A stretch of DNA of 63,961 nt, the filler included, from Vannella sp. (lineage: Eukaryota), in the NCBI GenBank assembly GCA_023345925.1. It is 7 parts of 7 records of this genome, joined end to end, with 100 filler letters (N's around TTAATTAATTAA, not from the genome) between each part and the next. Parts side by side here need not be neighbours in the genome. Positions count along the whole stretch, not along the records: positions 1 to 9,568 come from JAJQQN010000601.1; positions 9,669 to 18,686 come from JAJQQN010001231.1; 5 more parts are not named here. The stretch is one strand, 5' to 3'. Below the pieces are notes generated by a model. The model ran no database searches. It saw only the letters and a list, made by a program, of their open reading frames with translations, and was not told where the DNA came from. The translations under genes were made by a program, and so were the position numbers. Of this stretch, positions 1 through 11,097 are shown piece after piece (position 1 is the first letter of the stretch; each line of letters begins with the position of its first letter).

Positions 1-290
1 TTATCCTCTTGGCTGTCTGGCCAAATCGGACTTGCTGAATCTCGCCATGGACTACTTCCGAGGTTATGAGCCCTGTCCTTCAGCACCGAATACTTCCTAG
101 GATAATCTGAGCAAAGATAGTAGCTACAAGAAGTAAGCTCTGATCGTAAAGGTGATGATTCGTCTGTAGTTAGAAGGTGTTTTCTCCCCCTTCTTGAAAA
201 GCAAGACAATGAGACCTTTCTTCATTTTTCAGAATTCCTATGATGATTGAGATTCCCAGAACCGGGTTTGTTGCCCCCACCACAAGAAAA
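1..290 (-). mobile_element. Degenerate non-LTR (LINE/L1-Tx1/TRE-like) reverse transcriptase fragment
   Basis: Minus strand from 225 reads MKKGLIVLLFKKGEKTPSNYRRII, matching the LINE RT motif GxIxLLxKKG...NYRPI. Downstream sequence loosely resembles YKIFAKILAxRL..Q.GF.PGR but is broken by stops and frameshifts. Boundaries approximate. Confidence 0.6.
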
Positions 291-359
291 AACGGCTCGA
301 TACTTGCTTATTATTTATCTTGAATTGAAAATTTCTCGTCCTGTGAGGATCGCGGATTC

Positions 360-430
360 GGCTCGATAGTTAAGTGGTAAAATTCTCCCTTAGGGTGGGA
401 GAGGCCCGGGTTCGATTCCCGGTTGAGCCC
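360..430 (+). tRNA. tRNA-Pro (AGG)
   Basis: Cloverleaf with acceptor GGCTCGA/TTGAGCC, anticodon arm CTCCC-TTAGGGT-GGGAG and T arm CCGGG-TTCGATT-CCCGG. Followed by a T6 Pol III terminator. Confidence 0.96.
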
Positions 431-453
431 AACCTTTTTTCTTTACCAGGGGA

Positions 454-1011
454 ATGGACTCGCTTTTGCCTCGGCTGTTCGAGCTCGAGAGTGCAGGTGT
501 GGATTGCAGGGACATTTGAAGAAACCAAACTAACCCTAACGAAGGATATCCACCGGATGAGGCAGCTTCGCTCGCGTCTCTGTCTTATCGAGTGGAACAA
601 GCTCCTGACTTCTTCCTTGTGCGCACAGATGGCAGCGGCGATGTTGCTGGCTACATTTGCGGAACCCTTTCTTCAGGAGATCGCCTCACCCATGAAACGA
701 TGTTCCAACACGATCCAAACGGAAGCCTTTTGTGCATCCACTCTGTTCTCGTCCGTCCTGATCTTCAGCAACAAGGTCTGGCCTCGTCCATGCTCTCCGA
801 ATACATCGAGAGAGTACGCACCAACCATCCAATGGTTCACGCGATCGCTTTGTTGTGCAAGAAGTCGAACATTGGACTCTACAAAAGAGCTGGCTTTGTC
901 CTGCAGGGTGTCTCTCCAGTGCAACATGGAAAGGTTTTATGGTATGATATGACTCTCCAATTGAGCAGCCACAAATCAGCACCCGGCACTTCCTGTGCCT
1001 CTGCACAGTAA
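454..1011 (+). CDS. GNAT N-acetyltransferase, AANAT/Paa1 (polyamine/arylalkylamine) family; intron 497-544
   Basis: Spliced start MDSLLPRLFELESAG-YPPDEAASL..YRVEQAPDFF; motifs CIHSVLVRPDLQQQGLAS, IALLCK and LYKRAGF. Confidence 0.88.
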
Positions 1012-1020
1012 ACTGGAAGC

Positions 1021-2119
1021 TTAAAGTGTATTACCACTTTGATTGCTGTCGCTACCAAATAAGAGGAGGCTTGCCAGGACGTTCCCACTATCAGAGCGGC
1101 TTTGTGTGGAGAGGTGACTGGAAGGGGCTGGGTTAGTCCAAGGTTGAAGGGAAGGAGATACTCCATTCCCGGACAGTATTCTCGAGGATATTGGGGTCTC
1201 TTCACTTTCAAGAGAGTAGTGTGAAGAGTAGTTAGCTGTGTTTTGCTCATATCGATGGCCCTTTCGGTCTCCAGCGGTGCGCACAAGAATATTTACATTC
1301 TCTGCCAATTCTTGCAGAACTCTGGGGTTGTGGTACTGTTGGGCCTGCCGATGATCCGATTCGATCTTTTCACATATTTGGCTGAGGGTTTGAAGCTCTT
1401 TCATACGAAGAGACTCCCAATCATGAAGGAAGCTTGAGACAGACTCTCCAATCTCCTGGAACGTCTTTCCAGCACTTGTAAGAAGCTGAAGAGTGTTCTG
1501 AGAGTCTCCAATATGCTCTGCTGACATGAGGCTGAGCTGCCCACGAGTGTTTGTGGGCGTTCCAGTGCAGGCCTCTCGAAGCGCACGGATCTCGTGCTCC
1601 ATTACGGATCTTTCCCTCTTCAGCTGCTCTTGAAGAACAGATAGAGCTGTGTCGGAGTTACTATACATCAGCTGGGCGATGTTCCGTTGCTCTAGAAGGA
1701 TGGAAGCGTTCTCCTCAGCCTGCCTTGTCAGCTCTCTCTCTGCCAGGAGCTGCTCTGCATGTAGACTCTCTTGAGTATGAACAACTTCACGCAAGGAAGC
1801 TATCTGGGACTCTTGGTCGGCACAGGTCTGTTTGTAATAAGCAAGTTCGTCTTCTGTGGTGCGGAAAGTTGAACAGCGAACTTCTTCGACGTGTTGAAGG
1901 TTTGGAAGACTTCCATGAGATAACGATGAATGACTTTCTTCATCCTAACACGAGTTAAAGGGGCTCCACCATCACCCAAGCACCCAAACCTACAGTTCCC
2001 TGCATTGTCTCTTCCGAACGAGTTCGCAGTGTCTCTGGAGTGATGGGCCGACGCTTCACTCGGACTTTGACAAGTCGAACAGGTTCGTCTTCTAGAAAGG
2101 ACGAGAACCACCCCGACAT
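1021..2119 (-). CDS. Hypothetical coiled-coil protein (1 intron near 1945-1993)
   Basis: MSGWFSSFLEDE... exon joins the 1021..1794 frame across a GTAGGT..TTAG intron; heptad-rich Q/E/L sequence. Confidence 0.6.
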
Positions 2120-2223
2120 GACGGCGGGAAAGAAATGATTGACAAACCGGTTTCCCGCCACTTCTGAGAAATGAGTGAGATGGAGGAAGTGGAAGGACGT
2201 GGAGGTTGTTTGCACAAGTTATC

Positions 2224-3455
2224 TTATTGCATGTAAGTGTGGCGGCCAGGGCACACAAACTCCAAGCCATGGACCATCAGGTCAGTGACATTCGTGGGTT
2301 TGAGGTTTTCCGGCAACCAAATGCTGTTCCAGAGGGCAGACCCGAACCAAGCGTGGCTATGATTGAGGGGTTAGAGGGGTTGATTGGAGCGAGAGAACTT
2401 ACCCCAAAGCAGAGGGGTGGAAGCAGTCCCAGTTACTGGTCAAGTCACCATTGATGATCTTCATGTTCTCCAAGAATGGCTGGACAGTAACTGAGAAGGT
2501 ATCGAGCTCAAGAGATTGCCAATAATCAGCAATAAGCGAGATCTGTTGACGGTACCCGAGTGCCGCCACATCAACAAGACGACGATTCGAAAAGGAGGGA
2601 TTCCTCATGTTCAGGCAAGGGCATTCTTCCAGGAGATCCCAAACTTCAGTGCAGTATTCCCCTTGTTGAGCCCAAAGGTAAACTTGACTAAGGTTGAAAA
2701 TGGGCAAGAGATTCAAACGGACGCGAGGAATCTCGCGGTAAAGCTTCGAGATGGACTCATTCAGAAGCCGTCCAAACGTTTCTGGCGTATCATCAGTGTA
2801 GTTCTCGCAGGCGCGGCACAAGTTATTAGCGCCAATCAAGAGTGTGGCCATCTTCCAGGACTTCTCCATGTCAACAGAGTCTTTGTAGGTCGTCTTAAGC
2901 TCGTTGACGAGGTAGTTGATCTCCTGATTGATATCCTGAATGAGAGCACCAGACAGTGCGGCGTTCAGTCCCACAACTCCTTTCCTGACTGGTTCGAGAT
3001 GGTGTCCCGCAATGGAGATTCCATCTACTGACATGAGCGCTTGTGGAGGTATCAGTAGAGAACGTACCGATAGGAATGGTCTGTCCTGAAGAGCTACCGT
3101 TGATGTTGTGGTTGTAAAGCCGGAGGAAGTTGTTCGCTGTGTACTGCATAGACCCTCCGCCTGTGTTATAGGAGAGGTAACGATCCTCTCGAGGGACAAA
3201 AGGAAGCTTCAAAAGAGAGGTAGCTGTTGCTGCATATGCAGCAGTGATGCTATCTCCCATACTCATGACAACATCAATGTTATGGGCCGCCAACTGGTTG
3301 ACATTCGTTGGGACGGGCTCATCTCCTCTCACTTCATAAGGCAAACAAGCAAAACGTGGCAATGGAGCAAGAGGGATTCCTCCTTGTTGATCATCTCCAT
3401 CAACCAAACCACAAAGCGAGACCAAAACAATCACAACCAAACACTCGAGCCGCAT
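2224..3455 (-). CDS. Secreted GDSL lipase, phospholipase B1-like (2 introns)
   Basis: Signal peptide, then VVMSMGDSITAA, WKMATLLIGANNLC, DCFHPSALG and ALWNS. Confidence 0.9.
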
Positions 3456-3634
3456 GAGCCCAAAAGAATGCTCCACAAATTAACCGCATAATCAGTATCT
3501 TTCCCACGCGAGATGAATGCCACGCCAACATGTGAAAATAAGGAGGCAAAAAAGTGTTCGAATATTTCCTGGAAATTTTGAATTGTGAGGGTTTCGGATT
3601 GGTGCGTTCATCATTTCCTCTCAGCCGGCTGCGG

Positions 3635-5321
3635 ATGGACATCTTGCATTGTCAGCAGGTGAGTAGTCTGTCTAGATTGCTCGGTGAAGGTTTCATCACA
3701 AAGGATGAGTTTATCAAACGAGTGGCGCTTCTGCAACAGAAGGAGGAGACTTGCTCACGCCCCACCGCGATTTCGGAGAGGAAACGGAGTACTGCGTACA
3801 GTCCTTATGATCTATTTGATGAGACTGCTGAAAGCTCATATGACCCTCTCCCCTATAAGGTGCACACCATACCCGGTTTGGTGGATGTAGTGGAGGCAAA
3901 CGTTGTTGAATCCTCCCACTCCTTTGGTTGGTCCCAGCCCTCTAGCACTTGGAAGAATAACCAAATTATGGATCAATCTGTGCTGATAGACACTTCCTCG
4001 CACTCTGACAGATGGAGATTTGGTTCCTCTGACCAAGAGTTCTCACCAACCAAGCACTTCTCGCTGCCAGATCAAGAGGGACTGTCCACATTGACAAGGA
4101 GTAGGGAAAATGAATTCACCTGTTTATCAAGACCAAATGCTGGAAGGTCGGATCCTTCAAGTGACTTGGCATCCACCAATCCAGCTTTCACTCCCAAATC
4201 TCCTTCATTTTCGCCTGTTCTCGAAGCCTCATCCTCTGGTTCTCCCCCATTGAACAATGTCAGCCAGTTTTCATTTGGCTCTTCCGCTGGAGAGCTGGTG
4301 ACTGGATCTTTTGACTTTTCAGTTCCTTCTGAGACATTCCAGTTTCCTGCAGCCTCCAGCCCAAAGGCTTTGTCAAGGTCTTCCGGAAAATCAACCAAAA
4401 AGCCTACGCCAAAAAGGAAAGCTGAGAAAGCTGTCTCAGTCTCCGGGGGTCACTCTGACTTGAAGCTGGATGAGATCATCCCTCCTGAGTGGTACGGCGC
4501 ACTCTCCCCTGTTTTATTGTCTCCTACCCTTGAAGTAAGTTGCTTTGTCTTTCACAAATGCTGACCCTTGAAACAGGCGGAAGCTTTGCAGATTATTGGA
4601 GTGAACCGACCATGGACCATACCGCAACGCCATTTAACATTCAGAGCCCTCAGACAGGATCTAGATAGAGTTTCTGTGGTCATTTTTGGGCAAGATCCTT
4701 ACCCACGGGAGGCAAGTGCCACTGGACTTGCTTTCTGTGATGGAGAAGTGGTTTCTTGGCAAGACACATTAAGTCCCTCGCTTCGTAATATCATCAAAGC
4801 TGCTTGTATTTGGAAACAAGTTGCGGAGCCAAAGACTCCAGTGGGATCTCTGAGGAAGACTCTCGCACATCTCCAAGTGAAAGAGCAAAACCAATGGTTC
4901 CAAGATCTCTTGGACCAAGGAGTCATGTGGCTCAACACAGCTCTCACTTTCTCAGGAAAGGAAAAGCCCGCTTTAGATCGCCACACCCGTTTTTGGGCTC
5001 CAGTAATCGAAGCCATTGTCCAAGTGATTCTCGTTCATCACAACCAAAAAGGCCAAGGCGTTGTATTTGCTCTCTGGGGTGGAAACGCACAGAAACTAGA
5101 GTCCATGGTAAAAGAGCCTCCAAAAGTGTGTTGACTACTTCTCACCAAAACGCCAGATTACCAGGGTCCAACGAGACAGCGCCCCTCAAGCCCGCATCAC
5201 CTTTAGCAGAGCCGCACACCCTTGCACCGCCAGCTTCTTTGTGACACCCGCTTTCGAGGACATCAACCAAAAGCTCTCGGGAATGGACCAATCACCCATC
5301 AATTGGCTGCCAACCGAGTAA
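3635..5321 (+). CDS. Family-1 uracil-DNA glycosylase-like protein with long N-terminal extension (SHOCT-like motif plus Ser-rich disordered region)
   Basis: VVIFGQDPYP, ATGLAF, PSLRNI, QGVMWLNTALT, VFALWGGNAQK and C-terminal PINW. Introns near 4535-4576 and 5108-5157. Confidence 0.85.
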
Positions 5322-5381
5322 AGTGAATAAAAAGGAATTTCGTGTTTTTATAAAATTTTATTTTTTGGGAGCTTCTTTGAG

Positions 5382-6563
5382 GATGGTGTTGGCTGAGTTG
5401 GTTGGTGTTGCCTTGGCGGTTTGGCTGCTGGGCTACATTATCTTCCGTATCAGTGCACCGCGACAATCTACACGTCGGAAGGTACGTTGGTGCAGGAGGG
5501 CGGGGCAGTTGGGTGTGCTGATGTGCTGGAAAGATGATGATCGCTTCTTGGTCCGCCCCTAAGTGAGTGCTCTTCCTAACGAGTAGCTGAGAGTCTTACA
5601 TGAGTAGTGAGGGTAACATCTATGGTGTGCTTGTAAGGGAGAACCTCCTTTTGGTTCCTCTTGGAGTTCTGAGAAGAGTTGTAGGAGATCGACGTAACCA
5701 AAGCGAACCAGTTCATTGCTAGTGAGCGAGCAAAAGGAAAGCACGTTACTAGTGAGAATCTCGGATACTCCTTCGCTCTCTCTGATGAACTGCAGTCACT
5801 CATGTGGCCATCCGCGCCTTGGCTCTGGGAATGGCCGCTGCTCCGACTATGAACGGGAGAATCATTTGGGGAAAGTTCTTCCCTCACAAACAGACAGATA
5901 TTGGTGTTCTAGTGGCCATTGAAGGTGGAAAGGACTTGGCCAATGCAAAGATCTCAAACGCAGACAAACGTTCTTGCGCTGAGATTGGGGAAATACTTCA
6001 AGAGAAGGCGAACAAGCTTCGCCAAGGCAAGGACGCAGACTTTAAGAAGACAACCAACACTCTGAAGTATGTTCCGGTGTTCCTCCTCAAGCCACTGGTC
6101 TATTGGGTTGGATTCTTGGGCAGCAGCATTGGCTTGTCTATTCCTATGTGTGGAGTGAAAAAGTTTCCTTTTGGTAGCGCCCTTGTCACCAGTGTGGGGA
6201 TGATGGGATTGGACCGAGCATTTGTACCCTTCCCTCCTTATGCCCGTTTGCCTCTTGTCGTCATGGTTGGAGCGATTTTGGATAAGGCCGTTGTCATTGA
6301 TGGAAAAGTAATTCTTACTTTCTCTCCATTGCAAGTGTCTAATTGATTTTAGGTCGAGGTTCGCCCCATCCTAACTATGACTGCAACGCTAGATCACCGG
6401 TAGGTTTCTTTCTTTAAGTTCACGAAGCTCACAATCTCCCAGATTCGTGGACGGCTCTCAAGCTGCAGTTATGGCCAAGATGGTGCGAGATGTTGTCACA
6501 GATCCAGCTGCTTATGAGCCAACGGAGCCCTTCGTTGTGAAGGAGAAGAAGAAACAAAACTAG
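5382..6563 (+). CDS. Stand-alone 2-oxoacid dehydrogenase E2-type acyltransferase catalytic domain with N-terminal hydrophobic anchor (6 introns)
   Basis: Spliced sequence gives WSAPNEGNIYGVLEIDVT, FGSALVTSVGMMG and TATLDHRFVDG. No lipoyl domain is visible. Confidence 0.85.
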
Positions 6564-6591
6564 TCACTTTAGATCTAAAGGCACCTTTCGA

Positions 6592-9568
6592 TCAAATGAT
6601 GTCGAAAATTTCCGCATTTCGGGGTTCTCTTGTGAGAGACAATTGATAGAGTCCTTCATCGTCAAGTGCGCTGAGTTCCTTCAGGTAGGTGCACAGTTCA
6701 AGATCAATGTCGTTGTTGAAAGGAACACCTTGGAAGTACTGGATCTGTTGGATCACTCTTGCTGTTAGTCTTTGCTTCTTAAAGTTGATTAAATCTCCCT
6801 TTGATGTGGGATTTCCTTCGTCGATGAAGGTGAGATCAGTAAGGTGAATGCCTCTGTGGATTAGTAAATAAGTGACCAAACAAGAGAATTCTTCAGGCTT
6901 ACAGGTAGGGAATGATTGGCCTTTGTGCATCGGCAATGTGAGCCCGATAAGTCTTGTAAGAGCGAGAAGGAGCCATTAAAGAGAATAGTTCTTGCATTTC
7001 CTCTGTCTGGCGATCTGTCAGCAAACTGTGCGTGAATTTGAGACGAGTGATGCTGGACATATTCAAACCAGCCACCAGTCCCATCAGCGTATTGTAATTG
7101 TTCAGTTTGAGGAGTTCCTGGCCAATGCGGATAAACTTCCAGAATACAAGTCCGCGCTGTTTAAGCTTCTCACTCCAAAGAATTAGACTTGGGACCCAGT
7201 AAGATACCTGATGATTCTCTTAGTCTGGACAATTCAATCTTTGGGAATCACTTACATGATTCAGTCGGGTTATATGGTCAATGATATTGACAGCAAAATG
7301 CCGATTCCGATTCCATGCCTGATCGACCAGCTCAGAAGCTTTAATGCGGCGAAAGATCTCAAAGTCCAGGAGGGTAAGCTGTTCAGCTATTTTTCTCTCG
7401 TCTGTTCTCAAAAAGATCTCGTACAGTGATCCTGCTTCCACACCTCTCGGTGTCTGTGGAACGGTTAGACAGATTGACTTATTCTGATTCGTTAACTTAC
7501 AGTCCTAATGAAAATACCGATGTCTCCTTGGCTATAGATTTTCTCTTCTCCGTCTGTGAGTCGGAGAATCAGGTCCATAGTCTGCTGTGATTCCTGTTCA
7601 AGTTCGTCCTTCTTCAAAGTTTCCTCAGCGAATTGAGCAACTCGATTCAGTACTTTCTTGGGGATGCTGATATAGCACATCTCCAACCAATGGTGGATAA
7701 TTTCACACACGCGTTGTTTGCGTTGCTTCGCTTCATCCTGAGATGTTCTGTCATCAGAAGGACCTTCATAACATTGAAGTAATTTGATGAAGAGAATACG
7801 CGGAGTGCAGACCTCCTCGTAGGTTAAGAAGAATGCACTTTCTTGCTCTCTAACTTCGTCTTTGGCAAGATTAGAAGGAATTCCGCTGCATTGGTTGGTA
7901 ACTTACCTGAAGGAGAGGTTCCAGACAGCAATTTGAGTAAATAATCAAGGGAGCCCAAGTCAATAGTTTCTTCGGGAATTTGAGTGTGCTCCCAGACAGT
8001 GTGATCCTGTGCAACTGATCCTCTTCTCTCTCTCCTGTGGAGTTTCTCTTGTGTCAGCGTGGACTGGATGAGAGTGTAAGTTGCCAACAAATTGAGCGAC
8101 AGGCTGATTGTGTCGACCATTCTGTGATAGGATAAGAAAGCTGACAGAAGATTCCAGGGTCGATACTTACGCTCTGGCACATGCTATCAGTTGTAACGTA
8201 TCTGCATGAGAGATCTTCTTCAAACTTATGTCGACATTGAGGATGGTATGAGCTGCTTGGACCATTAACGCGCAAAGATTTTGCATCTTATCGTACAGGT
8301 TCGCGCGAATATGAGCGCAGGTCTCGCGGACGAGTGAGTAATTGTTTCTTTCCTCTAACTTAGCTACGATGTTCTCGTCCGCCTCGCCTTGAGTAGGAGC
8401 GGAAGAAATCATCTCCAATATTGGAACGGACATTTGTCTGACAATCTTATTGTCAGCGCTATTTGTACTGAGGGATATTATCTTGTTCATCACTCTAAAG
8501 ACTTCTACTACCCTTGCAGAGAGACGTTGAGTAGTTTGAGGCTCGGGCTTAGAAAGTGGATCAATAAAACTACGAACTAGCTCAGATAACTGAGTCACTT
8601 TGTCTCTGATTTGCTCTTCTGTGCAGCGTAGGTCTGCAGCTGCCTCTGGCGTTAGGAAATTGGCCATAGAGGTGGAGCGATGGAACCACCGGACTCGCGA
8701 AGAGAGAGGGACCATCATATTCTCCAGCTGAAGTTCTTCTCGTTTCTGTTGATCGACAGAGAAGGGAGAATCCAAAGGAGCAAAGGATCCCTGCTTTTTA
8801 AGAGTACGCTGGGAGTGAACAGTTAAGTGAGCAGTAGAAGCAGCTTCTGAAGCGCGCATTTGCGTCAACTGATTCCTCATCTTTGTAGCAAAGGCCATCT
8901 TGTTTGCCATTGGAACCCGTGCCCATTCTCTAGCAAACCAATTAAACTCACTTTGGAACATATCGAAGACAATAGGAACAGTGGCAGCCATTGTAGCTTC
9001 CATGGCCACGTGAAGCTTGGTCTCAAGAATTTGCTCTTCAGAATGAGGCACTTCTGGAAAAGGATCTTCCAATTCAGGAGGCTCCCTAGTCTTCCTCACG
9101 AACGATCCGGGTTGGTCGGTACGAAGAGGAGTCAGCGGGGTTGGCATACTCGCACGATTCGACATTTGGGGCCGGAAGGTTGTTGTCGTACGCTGGGTGA
9201 TTTGTGAGGAATTAGGTTACATCGTAATTAGTTTTCGTACCATGACTGGAGCTCCTCGCTCACTCTCACTCTCAAGAGATTCTCGTATGCGCTTTCCAGT
9301 ATCTGGGGCACTCTTGCCATAATTTTTTCGCTTTTTGGTCTTCTTTGAGCCTCGCTTTCGGATAGTTCCTCCGAGTTGTGGACTTGCTGGCTCCGAATTC
9401 GAAGAAGCAAAGAGCTGATTCAGTTTGATTTCTACATCTGGAGATCCTGCCACAGCCTCAATTGGGCTGAAGCTATCTGTAAATCTCTCTCTCTCCCTCT
9501 CTCTTGCTCTCTCTCTAATTCTTTCTCTTTCCCGGTCTTTCTCCTTGTCACCAAACAAACGAAGAGAA
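6592..9568 (-). CDS. RasGEF (REM + CDC25 domain), 5' truncated by contig end
   Basis: IAEQLTLLDFEIFRRI, SYKTYR..PIIPYL, TDLTFIDEGNP and LINFKK. Confidence 0.92.
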
Positions 9569-9668
9569 NNNNNNNNNNNNNNNNNNNNNNNNNNNNNNNN
9601 NNNNNNNNNNNNTTAATTAATTAANNNNNNNNNNNNNNNNNNNNNNNNNNNNNNNNNNNNNNNNNNNN
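9569..9668. other. Artificial contig linker (N-run, TTAATTAATTAA, N-run); identical copies at 18687-18786, 24766-24865, 38455-38554, 51205-51304 and 59230-59329
   Basis: Identical 100-nt spacers carrying stops in all six frames. Confidence 0.99.
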
Positions 9669-9709
9669 TCTGGAAAAAAGAAAATTATAACTTTCTTTTA
9701 CCTCAAAAA

Positions 9710-9781
9710 CAGGCTGTATGGGGGTCGAACCCACAACCTCCTGATTCGTAGTCAGACGCTCTTCCATTGAGCTAACAGCCT
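9710..9781 (-). tRNA. tRNA-Arg (ACG)
   Basis: Reverse complement AGGCTGT TA GCTC AATGGAA GAGC G TCTGA CTACGAA TCAGG AGGTT GTGGG TTCGACC CCCAT ACAGCCT G, followed by T5. Confidence 0.95.
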
Positions 9782-9944
9782 CGTTCGCGCTTCCCTTTTC
9801 GCAAATTTTTTCATCAGTTAGAATCAATATAAAATTTCTCTTATTTGTTGGCCTTCCTTATCTTTCCTCGCTTTTCCCTTTTTTCCGTCTCCTTTTTCTG
9901 CGCTTGTTTTTGTGGCTGATTTTGTTTGTACATTTGGTGGTGGG

Positions 9945-11027
9945 ATGGAGAGATCAGTTGTCACCGCCGGCGGGGATGCTGCATTTAACTTGGGCGTCTT
10001 CGACGTTCAGCGGGACCTGACTTTGGACGAGAATGATCAGAGGTGGTTCATCCGGTTAACTCCGGACGATGAAGAACAAAAAGCTTCTCGTCAGAAGAAG
10101 AAGGAGATAGCGGAAGGGGAAAAAGGGAGGCGACGAATCTATGAAAAGAAGCGTGACCCCAACCAGGAGTGGCTCCTATTCTCCGACTCGGAGAAATACT
10201 TCCGGGAGCGAATCCACAATCAGGAATCCAACTTCTTCTTCGTTCAAGAGCTCGGTAACGGCAACTATGAGGTCTTCTGTATCAAGGAAGAACACATCTT
10301 CAAACCCACGACCAAACCACCTAACATGCAAACGCCAGAAGAGCAGGAGATTATCGTGCGTCTCGATTCCTCTTGAGTTTGTGTTCGTCCTCACCCTTTG
10401 TTCAGGCTGAAGCCATTCGCCAGTCAGAGAAGAAGAGGATACAGAGGGCCAAACAAAGAAAAGCTGAGGAGGCTCAGGCAATACTGGAACCTGAGGCTGA
10501 GGCTGAATCAGTCGACGAACAGGAAGATGGTGAGGAAGACGGCTGCGATTACCAGGAGGAGAACGAGGACGAAGATGGCTTTACCAAGAAGTTGAAAATC
10601 AAGAAGGTATTCAACGATGGATGCACATCCTGGCCCACCCAGAGACTGACAAATGGGTGACAGGCAAAGACGATAGATGAGGACGAGACCAAAGGCGAAA
10701 AGGAAGAAGAAGCGTCGTTGCTGGGAAAGAGAGAGCGTGGAGCCTCAGCACCAGCCCCCAAAAAGGTTTGAATCAGCCGCAACAATGCGCCTTCTCTACT
10801 CACAGTTCGGCCAGGTCAAGTTAGAAGAGCCTAGGATGGATGACAGGAGCCTCCGAGACTTCCTTCGAGAGAATGGAACTGTCACCGGGAAACAGATGAG
10901 GGACCACTTCAAAAAGTTGGGGGAGAAGGCCGTCGTCCGGGCGTGGTTGCTCGAAGCCATCCCTCGGTGCACCGTCATGTTCCAAGAGAACGGGAAGATG
11001 TTTTTCCAATTGAAAGAGGATGAGTAA
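9945..11027 (+). CDS. Transcription initiation factor IIF alpha (RAP74/Tfg1)-like (3 introns)
   Basis: N-terminal NFFFVQ..GNYEVFCIKEEHIFKP..TPEEQE resembles the RAP74 dimerisation domain, followed by an acidic linker and a C-terminal winged-helix-like region. Confidence 0.65.
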
Positions 11028-11097
11028 CCTGCTCCACCTTCCACTTAATCGAATAAAGGACTCGCTCTTCTCCATTGTTCGGGATCCTTCCTGCATC

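Noticed and set aside
374..952. 192-aa ORF starting inside the tRNA
   Set aside because: It overlaps the tRNA and is out of frame with the conserved GNAT sequence.
11020..11027. 8-nt coding overlap between the TFIIF alpha stop and the APC1 ATG
   Set aside because: AATAAA at 11052 probably serves TFIIF, and the in-frame ATG 11098 precedes the first APC1-like sequence, so the overlap is likely an ORF-caller artefact.
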